Shown piece by piece: positions 29,633-41,600 of a stretch of DNA of 64,000 nt. How positions within the stretch are numbered: the first letter of the stretch is position 1; each line of letters opens with the position of its first letter. The DNA is from Eledone cirrhosa. Taxonomy: Eukaryota. The notes below the pieces were generated by a model, which was given only the letters and a program-made list of their open reading frames with translations, searched no databases and was not told the DNA's origin. Position numbers and translations under genes: made by a program. The stretch spans positions 28,954,001 through 29,018,000 of the forward strand of contig OZ024748.1 of assembly GCA_964016885.1 (NCBI GenBank), in the 5' to 3' direction.

Positions 29633-32600
29633 ATTATAGAAATTATTGTGAGCGTGAAGCCAACAGTATTTCATAATATATAAGTGACTATAACGTCAAA
29701 ATGGACAAAATAGTTAACATATATATCATCATCATCACCGTTTAACGTCTTATTTTCATACCTTGCATGGATCAGACTGGTTGTCCGTGCTATGAAGCAA
29801 GTCTGTCCAGTTGGCTGTGCCAAATCTTATTCAAATGGCCTTTTCTTTACTGTTGGTATTTTGGCCTTTTCTTTACTGTTGGATGCTCTTTCACCAACCA
29901 TGCTTATAGTGTGGAAGTGGGTGGTCCTGTTACGAGAGGGGTCCGACCAATTGGCCGCGCTTACTCTGATCATAGGCGGATCTGTAATTGACAGTATACA
30001 CAGAAATTGAACGAAGACTGTGTTACACTGTCTTATTTAATCAGTAATGTAATCCATGATACATTAAAAAAAAGATGATATTATATATAAACTGCATTAG
30101 GAGAAAATTAGTGACGGAAATATATGAATGTTTATTTAAGCGATCGCTAACCGGAAGTGTTTACATTTGAACATTTTAAAGAAGTGAATCTTTAAATAAG
30201 CAATAAAATATTGAATCAAAAGCTACGAAATTTAGCAGATGAATTATGTAATATTCATTCATTATTTATTCAAAGTAATCCAACTTATTTTACAAACAGG
30301 ATAAAAAATTATATTCTGGATGCAGTCCCGCACTCCTTTCTTTATTATATTTATTGTTTACTAATCTGAATAAGAACAGCAGTAACCCGGGCAACGCTGG
30401 GTCATTCAGCTAGCATATATATATATATATATATTCCCATATGCAGCGGCTGAGCCATACATCTAGTATGTGCTACCTTCCTTTCCATCACCCCTCCCAT
30501 ACACCTCCCACATCCTAACAACCCACGCCTAGATCTACTTCACCAGTTCTCGTGCACCTTCCCCACTCCAGTTCCCAATCCGCACTATAATATGGTCGTC
30601 TTGATGCCACGGTATCGAGTGCGCAATCCATACTGTAAAGTGGTCATGTTGGTGACACGATAAAATGTGCACAGCCTACACTGTAAAATAGTCATGTAGG
30701 TGTCATGATGAAAAACCCCAATAGACACTGTAAATGGGTTGGTGTTAGGAAGTGCATCCAGCTGTAGAAACCAAGCCAAAATTAGTTCTGTGTGAGCAAA
30801 ACACGGTCATTCAACTTGGCTTCTCTCACAACGGGACAATTCGTCTAACCCATGCTAATGTGGAAAATGGACATTAAATGATGATGATGTACAAAGAAAT
30901 TTGGCAGTTGTGTACATGTATATTTGTTAAACTATTAGTCATGATAAAATGTTTCCAGTACAAAACAAGCACAAAATAGAGCATATGAGTATGACTTGGT
31001 CACCTGACCAATTTAGCCACCAGAAGTTATGGTCAATCTAACCCATGTAAGCATGGAAAATAGACATTAATCGAAGATTATGATGATATATTTGTGTGTG
31101 TGTGCTATTTGCAGAGAAGAAAGACCGAAAGAGAGATGACAGAAGTAGGAGAATATCCAGCAGGAGAGATGACAGAAGACATAACAGCAGCAGCAGAAGT
31201 AGTTACCATAGAACATCAGGTCAGTCTCCCTTAACACTTCTCTGTCAGTGTGTCTGTTGTCCTTATACAAGACACTTAACTTTACTTTATCTAAAAACAA
31301 TATGGTGATAGATATATATGTCTGGACTTCACTTCAAACATTCAACTATTATTTGTAAGTTGTTTTATGTAAATATTTCAGATAAATCTCATGTGTCTAC
31401 ATCAAGTAGGGGTACAAGTAAACCAGGTACAAGTAAACCAGATGCAAGTAAACCAGGTACAAGTAAACCAGATACAAGTAAACCAAGTACAAATAAACCA
31501 AGTACAAGTAAACCAAGTACAAGTAAACCAAGTACAAGTAAACCAAGTACAAGTAAACCAGGTACAAGTAAACCAGCTACAAGTAAACCAGGTACAAGTT
31601 CAAGATCTGTTACAAAAGAGGGCTCTGAGAAAGGTGTAAAACCTTTATCACCATCAAACACTAAAGAGAAGGTTGCCAACCCAGAAAAGCCTGAACCAGG
31701 TGAACCAACTGCCACAACTGAAACTACAAAAGATAAAAGTGGCAAAGATACCAAGAAGGATATTTTATCATTTGATAGAATAAAAGTAAGTACTATTTTG
31801 TGTATGTCTTGTAGTGTGTCTAGTCAGGTGTGACTTGTATGGTTTGGTGTATTACTTGAGGAATATGTTTTAGTGTGACTAAGTGAATGGCTTCCTGTAA
31901 TTAAGGGGTGTGGCTTGGTGTGACTTGTGGGTTCAGTTTGGTAGTTAGTATCACTAATTCCACCCTCAAATTAGAGCAGTTAGCATTACTAATTCTACCT
32001 CTCAAAGTACAGTAGTTAGTATCACTAACTCCACCCTGAAACTATTGTAGTTAGTATCACTAACTCCACCCTGAAACTACAGTAGTTAGTATCACTAACT
32101 CCACTTTGAAACTAGAATTGTTAGTATCACTTGCTTCACCCTATCGCTAAAATAGTTAGTATTACTGATGTCATCATAATATTAAATTTACTCTACCTTA
32201 AAACTAATCACTAGACAGTTTGTACATTTTGAATTGCTATATCTTCCAACAAAGGATGTAACATTAGCTGGAAATTTAAATAATGTTAGTTTTATACAGA
32301 ACAGGTTTAATCTATGATATGTCTGCTGTATTATTATATTAGTCTCCCAACTCTTGTAAGATATATTATAGTCATGTTTTATATAATTAATTAATTTTTA
32401 TATTGTTGACTGTTGTTCATTTTATGTTATTGCTTGTCTTATTTTAGTCTCCTATTTAAATTATTCTCATTTCATATTGCAAAATCTCCACCAAATTATT
32501 TTACTAAAGAAAAGGAAGATGGGGCGTTTACGTCAAAGAAGGCATAAGAAGAATCACCGGTTGAAGAAATTTATTTTAGCTCGTCAGGCTCAGAAAGAAG

Positions 32601-35600
32601 TGAGAAAACAAGAGGAGGAGGCTGTGCAATTGGATAAAGCTAGAGAAAGATTAAGGTTTGTTGAAAATTCTTTGACACTTGAATTTTTTAGTGTAAAGTT
32701 GCATGGTTGTATGCTTAAGAAGTTCACTTTACAACTATGTAGTTTTTGATTCAGTTCATTGTACAGCACAATGGGTTAACTAAACCTCGGGTGGGCCAAT
32801 GCTTTGTAAGTGAAGTGTGGTACACGAATACAATGTTAAAGCTTATCTAAAGGATTGTTGTTGGTTTTTGGTGATAGGTTTAACTCCTCATCAGTTGATG
32901 GTGTTAAATGACATGAAAATCAGAATCTGTAAAATATATTGAGTGGTATATACATTCTGAGTAAAATCCGGTTGAAGTCAACTCAGGTGGATAAAATAAA
33001 AGTACCAATTGAGTACTGGTGTCGATATAATCAACTTTCCCCTCCCTACGAATTGCCAGCCTTGCATCTAAATTAGAAATCCTATTTACTATGCATGTTG
33101 TTTGTTTAAATTGTTTTAAATACCTCCTGGTGTATTTATTTTTAATATCTCATAATTGAGTGGGTGGTTTGAACACCATTAAAAAACCTTTGACTTTACA
33201 TAGGGTCGAAGAAATTGTAGCAAGCAGTGGCACTATTTTATCACGGTGGAGTAATTTGGTCGTGCTTTGTCATTCGCCAGCCCTTAGGGTTGGTGGCGTA
33301 TGAATACAAAAGATGACTTCTGCCCAGCAGTTGCTTTGCGCCCTTTTTCAGTTCTAGCTAGCAGTTGCACTTGGCATTTCGTCGACACCAGCACCTCACA
33401 AGTGGCTTTCCAGGTCAATGCACCATCTTTCAAAACTACCTAGCAGTTGCGTTTGGCATTTCATCGACACCATCACCTTACAAATAGCTTTCCCGGTCGA
33501 TGCAACATCTTTCACAACTACCTAGCAGCTGTGCTTTGCATTTTGTCGGCACTAGAACCTCACAAGTGGCTTTCCCAGTCAATGCACCATCTTTCAAAAC
33601 TACCCAGCAGTTGCGTTTTGGAGTTGTCGACTAGCAGCTCGTAATGGCTTCCCTATACTTCTATGATTTTGCTCTCTAACAATGAGAGTAGTTTAATTAT
33701 ACGGCTTTTTGGAGATTTACTGTAACTGACAACTTGGTTCCAAACTGCTTGCCTTTAAGAGATTTGCCATTACATATCAGCTTTGTTACACAAAATATCT
33801 ATACCACTTCACACCCTTTGTACATGAGTCCATGTCAAGCAAAAATAAATCTTTATTATGTTTAACTATGCCTTCTAATCTTTCCACCAGGAGTAATACG
33901 CCGCTACCAATACAGAATACAGCTAAAGTAATCTCACTTAAAAATGATATGTTGGAATAGCTTTCCTCAGTGTCTTTTCAAGATCCAAGGAAGAGCTCAT
34001 CTCTTCCTTGCAAGTTAAAGAAATACCTATCAAGCATACACTTCTTCCACTCTTGCTGCACTGAACTGTTATTAGTGTTGGTGTTAATGGTTAACTTCTG
34101 GTTAACTTTAACAAACAGGCTTATGAACAAAGGCATTCCAGTTGTGACCATCCTAGCTTTTTAGGGTTATCCAGAACTACCTTATGGAATATGTCTGTTC
34201 TTTATGCTAATGGCATGTTATTTAATAGAGATTTCTTGGAGGTTGAGTAATCACAGAGAGGATTTATAAATTGTATCTGTACATGTGTATTTCTATCAGG
34301 CTGAGTGATCACAGAGCACCGATAATTGTACCTCTACAGAAGGGTATTTAGTGTTATGTCGATGTTATTTTGTGACTTAAATGTCTTTGCCCAGAAAACA
34401 GTCTAACACCAATAATGTTGTTCCATCATCTGACACAGTGATTTTATTGTCTTGTCTAACTGTCACTTGATTCTCTTTCCCTGGGAATAAAATAAGTAGT
34501 TTATATATTAACCCTGTATCAATAGGCTTTTCTTTATACTCCTTACCATTAAATATTTTATTACCATATTTCTAATGAAATACACTTTATTTAAATTAAT
34601 CAATAAAGAAATTTGAGGTATTTACTAAAATTCTTATTATTACTAAAAACAGTAATTTAACATGATTATTATATAAAGTTGTTGGAAGATTATAATTTAG
34701 GTAGGAACATTTTAACACTGGTTTTGTTTCACAGAACCTGAGCCCAAAAGGGTTAAATAAATAATGTTAAGATATCAACAACCTCATCTGATATTTCTAA
34801 TATTTAAGGTTAATAAATTGGCATATAAAAAAATACATATTTTTTCCTAAATTTCAAAGAAAATATGTTTGATATTTTTCAGAGTATTATGAGAATGTAT
34901 AGACTCAGTTCAGTGTGTGGTAGGGACTGGGAAAATTTTCATTCTATTTTGATTTTTTCCAAGTATTTCTTGGTGATGTCTTTATATTGTTTTATACTTC
35001 TTAGGCTGGAGAGAAGAAAGCTGGCGAAAGAAAAACTATTAAGATATAGAATGGAAAAAGAAATTGTTGAAAAGGAAAGACTGAAAGCTGAGATGATGAG
35101 GTGAGTAAATCAGAAAATATTCTTACAATACCATTATGAACTTAATGGTATCTTATTAATTATCTTTGACATTATTTAGTCAATTGAGTTAATTTACTTA
35201 TTCCTCTCCCTCCTCTTGGCTACCTTTTCTATTTGTTTTGTTTATTGGTTGGTTTTGTTTGTTGGCAATAGGATCTTTTAAATAGATTTTACTTTGTGGA
35301 AAGTAGTCTGAAATGTAATTCATATGTGTGACATGATAACAACACTCAACAATATGTTATCAAATGTATGAAAAGATATTGTAATGTAAATCTGTTGAAA
35401 AAATATATAATTCTTCCTAAATTCCAAACAAAATATGTTGTTCTTCAGGTTAGAGACAATAAATCTGGAGAAAGAAAAACTATTGAGATATAGATTGGAA
35501 AGTGAACTTCTTCAAAAGGAAAGACTTAAAGCTGAGATGATGATGTGAGTAATTCAGATTATTTTCTTACTATATCATTATCAACATTTTAATTGTTTTT

Positions 35601-38563
35601 GACATCATTTAGTCAATTGAGTTAATTACTTATTCCTCTCCCTCCTCTTGGCTACCCTTTCTATTTGTTTTGTTTATTGGTTGGTTTTGGTTGTTGGCAA
35701 TAGGATCTTTTAAATAGATTTTACTGAGTGGAAAGTAATCTAAAATGTAATTCATATGTGTGACATGACAACAGCATGTGGTCTAAGGTAATTTTCTCTG
35801 TTAAAGCAGAGATTAGCCTTGCTGAGCTCCACAACAGGCTTCATATTCATGATGGGCTCTTTTTTCTGGCAATATATTCTGGCTGGATGCCCTTCTTGGT
35901 GCCAACCATTTTAGTCACTCCTTACAACCTGCAAAGGTACAGAGTACCTGGATGTGCAGAAAGCATAGTTGCGAAAATAAGAACAGGTTGGAAAAAGTTC
36001 AGAGAGCTGCTGTCACTGTTAACTACAAAAGGTCTCTCATTCAAGATAAAAAGCAAGCTGTATGATGCCTGCATGCGCTCAGCAATGCTACATGGTAGTG
36101 AAACAGAGGCTCTGCATGCCAAGGACCTATGGAGACTGGAAAGTAATGAACCCTACATTATCAGATGGATGTGTAACAGAAGTGTACGTGAACTGCACAG
36201 TGTCAATGTATTAAGAACTAAACTGGGCATAAGAGGGATTAAATGCTGTATGCAGGAGAGAAGACTGTAGTGGTATGGCCATGTGATGTGACAGCTACTT
36301 AAAGAGATGTAGGGCTTTAAAAGTTGCAGGCGGCACCAAGGGAGGAAAACCCAGGAAGATGTGGGATGAAATGATAAGGGTAGTCCTCACCCCACTAAAT
36401 CCCCCAATGGAGACGGCACAGGACCAAGTCTTCTGGTGCTACAACATTTGACAAAAGACCTGTGCCAACAACTCAATGCCGGACTCAGCTCAAAACGGCA
36501 CCATCCAGCTCCACACCTTAAACATGGTCCATGGCAGTCCTACAATGGATTGATCGCACTCATCCAGTGTGGGGCTCCAGAAGTAAGATATGATTTCATA
36601 TTGAGAAGGGTGCATCATGTGGGGAGTGACCGGCTCCGAAACTGGGATGCCGCAGTGAGAAGGGGAGTCACGGCTTCCAACACCTGAACTGAGAGTTCAC
36701 TGTGTGAAGGGTTCGGTGCAGCCAACTGGCCTGTCCCTCTACATAATGGTGTCATTCAGTCCCAAACTCCCAAAATGTTGTTTCGTATTGAGAAGGGTTC
36801 ATCACGTAGAGAGTGGCCAGCTCTGAAACTGGGCTTGCTGCTGTGAGAAGGGTTTGGCACGGCCAAATTGCCCAGTGCCGGGCTCTAAAACTGTGGTTCC
36901 GCACTTGTCCCTCCTCATAGTGATGCCATCCAATACTGGGCTCCGAAACTATGGTTCCGCTGTGAGACAGGTTCGGCGCAACCAACTGGCTTATCGCTCC
37001 TCATAAATGTGGTTGGTGTTAGGAAGGGCAACCAGCTGTAAAATACCCGGCCAAATTTACAGTCCTTGTCGGAGCAAGGTGCAGCATGTTTAACTCTGGC
37101 CATGCATGCCCTCGGGCGTGGACAAACCGTCTAACCCGTGCAAGCATGGAAAAGTGGACGCTAAATCGTGAAGATATACTCACCTCCACATGATAACTTA
37201 TGAAAAAATATTGTAATGAAGATGTGTAGCAGCCATAATAAACCAGTGGTGGTGGTGATCTTTGACTCAGCAGTCATCTTGCATCTTAAACACAACCACT
37301 AGCTATTTGTAAACTACACTGAGGAAGTATTTATGTAGTCACTCGGCCTTCTAGTAATAACAGCTAAATCTCACCATGCCACCTTAAAAAGATGAAGGAT
37401 ACATCTTCTGGCTGTTTATCATCCACTACTGCAGTTGTTTACTACTATTAACTTTATTTTGTTGTTTACTGTTCCTTGTTTTTAGGCTGGAAATGAGACA
37501 TTCCATGAAAAGACCTTTTGATCGAAGCAACGTACGTGAGGAAGATCTCTGGGAGGAACCTAAACGTTCCAGGATAAGCAATTCCAACAACTCCTTGAGG
37601 TTTGAACTTCCATTCCAGAATGAATCTCAGTAAGTTATGTGTGATGAATGATAATATTTCTGTCATTGCTTTATTATTGTTGTTGTTATGGCTGTTATTG
37701 ATTTATTGTTACTGTTGTTGTTATATCTGTTATTGATTTATTGTTACTGTTGTTGTTATATCTTATTGATTTATTGTTACTGTTGTTATGTCTGTTATTG
37801 ATTTATTATTACTGGTATGACTTTATAAACACTCTTTTGCCTTTCTTACCTTTGTATATGTATTTTTCATTTCATCTCTCTTTCTCTCCCTCTCAGCTAC
37901 TATGAATATGATCATATTGGTGGTGAAAGACATGTGGAACTTTATGAGAGAGAAATGAGGAGAAGGGAGATGGGTCCTGTCCGAGATATTCGAGACAGAG
38001 AGGACAGACAATCTGATGACCGGTCTCGAACAGATGAAAAACTTGGAAGGTAATTTTTGTTTTTCCTTTTTTTATCTTATATTAGTTTTTCTTTATTTTT
38101 CTTTAGGTATTTATTTATATATTTATGTGTATGAAAGATCATATATACATATATAAATATACTCACACATACATCTCACTTCCTCCATCATCCCACACCG
38201 TACAAAATTCTTTCCTCGCTCACTTTCGCACGGTTAAGATGTGTCTTGGTCTTCTCGTCAATATTCGCAAGTTCTTATGTTCAAATGGATCATTGACTTG
38301 ATTTCCTCATTTTTTCCTCTGTTTACATTGTCTCACCATTCATGTTTGATTACCTGTCGCTCTTTCTCCACCTAATTCTTTTTATCCCAATAACTTATTT
38401 TAATTATTGTATCGCGCTAGTCTGAGGTATCTGGTCTTTAATGCGAAGAAATACCTATGATGGCTAGTAGACCACTGATGATGCGTAGTCCTGGCTTCTA
38501 TTTCTAATTCTTCATTTTATTTATATATCACATTTGTAACAACACAGCATGCCATTTTTCATT

Positions 38564-38606
<43 letters not shown>

Positions 38607-41600
38607 GATCGAGTATCGAAAAATCGGCGCACGAGTTCACGATAAACGAGATTCGACATGAACGGCAGAGGGCTCAATAATTCAGATGAATCAGAGCTAT
38701 AACTATCGTTAAAATACCGTCACATATAGAACAAGTCTACAATCAACCATACGATTTAAAATCGATAGAGGAAGATTCGGGACAAACAGATAAAAAATAT
38801 CAATAAAACAATACGTCAATAATTTAAATGAATGTAAAATCATACCCGGACCCACTAGACAGGTGTTAAATCTAGCTTCATGGGTTTCTGTAAATCCTTA
38901 GACTGTACTCTATCAGCTCACATATAAATATAAAAGCCTACTAGAGTAAGCGGGAACGGAGTTTTACTTTCTCAACGAGTTTTTTCCTGGCGGCAGAGGA
39001 GCCAACTACCAGTGAAAAACGCACATGGCATTAGACAAGGGAGATGACCCCTATATCCGCGAAAACAATTCGAGTGAATGTGGAAATACACATATCGAAT
39101 TAGAGTGCTCAATAGACATGTTAAAATAAAACAAAAGCTATTCATCACTCAATAGAATCGACAAAAAATGAGCAATAAAATTAACTGGTAGATAGCTATG
39201 TCCAGAGCTAAAAATATTAGAAAGATCGAGTATCGAAAAATCGGCGCACGAGTTCACGATAAACGAGATTCGACATGAACGGCAGAGGGCTCAATAATTC
39301 AGATGAATCAGAGCTATAACTATCGTTAAAATACCGTCACATATAGAACAAGTCTACAATCAACCATACGATTTAAAATCGATAGAGGAAGATTCGGGAC
39401 AAACAGATAAAAAATATCAATAAAACAATACGTCAATAATTTAAATGAATGTAAAATCATACCCGGACCCACTAGACAGGTGTTAAATCTAGCTTCATGG
39501 GTTTCTGTAAATCCTTAGACTGTACTCTATCAGCTCACATATAAATATAAAAGCCTACTAGAGTAAGCGGGAACGGAGTTTTACTTTCTCAACGAGTTTT
39601 TTCCTGGCGGCAGAGGAGCCAACTACCAGTGAAAAACGCACATGGCATTAGACAAGGGAGATGACCCCTATATCCGCGAAAACAATTCGAGTGAATGTGG
39701 AAATACACATATCGAATTAGAGTGCTCAATAGACATGTTAAAATAAAACAAAAGCTATTCATCACTCAATAGAATCGACAAAAAATGAGCAATAAAATTA
39801 ACTGGTGGATAGCTATGTCCAGAGCTAAAAATATTAGAAAGATCGAGTATCGAAAAATCGGCGCACGAGTTCACGATAAACGAGATTCGACATGAACGGC
39901 AGAGGGCTCAATAATTCAGATGAATCAGAGCTATAACTATCGTTAAAATACCGTCACATATAGAACAAGTCTACAATCAACCATACGATTTAAAATCGAT
40001 AGAGGAAGATTCGGGACAAACAGATAAAAAATATCAATAAAACAATACGTCAATAATTTAAATGAATGTAAAATCATACCCGGACCCACTAGACAGGTGT
40101 TAAATCTAGCTTCATGGGTTTCTGTAAATCCTTAGACTGTACTCTATCAGCTCACATATAAATATAAAAGCCTACTAGAGTAAGCGGGAACGGAGTTTTA
40201 CTTTCTCAACGAGTTTTTTCCTGGCGGCAGAGGAGCCAACTACCAGTGAAAAACGCACATGGCATTAGACAAGGGAGATGACCCCTATATCCGCGAAAAC
40301 AATTCGAGTGAATGTGGAAATACACATATCGAATTAGAGTGCTCAATAGACATGTTAAAATAAAACAAAAGCTATTCATCACTCAATAGAATCGACAAAA
40401 AATGAGCAATAAAATTAACTGGTAGATAGCTATGTCCAGAGCTAAAAATATTAGAAAGATCGAGTATCGAAAAATCGGCGCACGAGTTCACGATAAACGA
40501 GATTCGACATGAACGGCAGAGGGCTCAATAATTCAGATGAATCAGAGCTATAACTATCGTTAAAATACCGTCACATATAGAACAAGTCTACAATCAACCA
40601 TACGATTTAAAATCGATAGAGGAAGATTCGGGACAAACAGATAAAAAATATCAATAAAACAATACGTCAATAATTTAAATGAATGTAAAATCATACCCGG
40701 ACCCACTAGACAGGTGTTAAATCTAGCTTCATGGGTTTCTGTAAATCCTTAGACTGTACTCTATCAGCTCACATATAAATATAAAAGCCTACTAGAGTAA
40801 GCGGGAACGGAGTTTTACTTTCTCAACGAGTTTTTTCCTGGCGGCAGAGGAGCCAACTACCAGTGAAAAACGCACATGGCATTAGACAAGGGAGATGACC
40901 CCTATATCCGCGAAAACAATTCGAGTGAATGTGGAAATACACATATCGAATTAGAGTGCTCAATAGACATGTTAAAATAAAACAAAAGCTATTCATCACT
41001 CAATAGAATCGACAAAAAATGAGCAATAAAATTAACTGGTAGATAGCTATGTCCAGAGCTAAAAATATTAGAAAGATCGAGTATCGAAAAATCGGCGCAC
41101 GAGTTCACGATAAACGAGATTCGACATGAACGGCAGAGGGCTCAATAATTCAGATGAATCAGAGCTATAACTATCGTTAAAATACCGTCACATATAGAAC
41201 AAGTCTACAATCAACCATACGATTTAAAATCGATAGAGGAAGATTCGGGACAAACAGATAAAAAATATCAATAAAACAATACGTCAATAATTTAAATGAA
41301 TGTAAAATCATACCCGGACCCACTAGACAGGTGTTAAATCTAGCTTCATGGGTTTCTGTAAATCCTTAGACTGTACTCTATCAGCTCACATATAAATATA
41401 AAAGCCTACTAGAGTAAGCGGGAACGGAGTTTTACTTTCTCAACGAGTTTTTTCCTGGCGGCAGAGGAGCCAACTACCAGTGAAAAACGCACATGGCATT
41501 AGACAAGGGAGATGACCCCTATATCCGCGAAAACAATTCGAGTGAATGTGGAAATACACATATCGAATTAGAGTGCTCAATAGACATGTTAAAATAAAAC

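Noticed and set aside
31389-31754. Antisense ORF with GLLVL repeats resembling a membrane protein
   Set aside because: It is the shadow frame of the TSKP coding repeat on the + strand.
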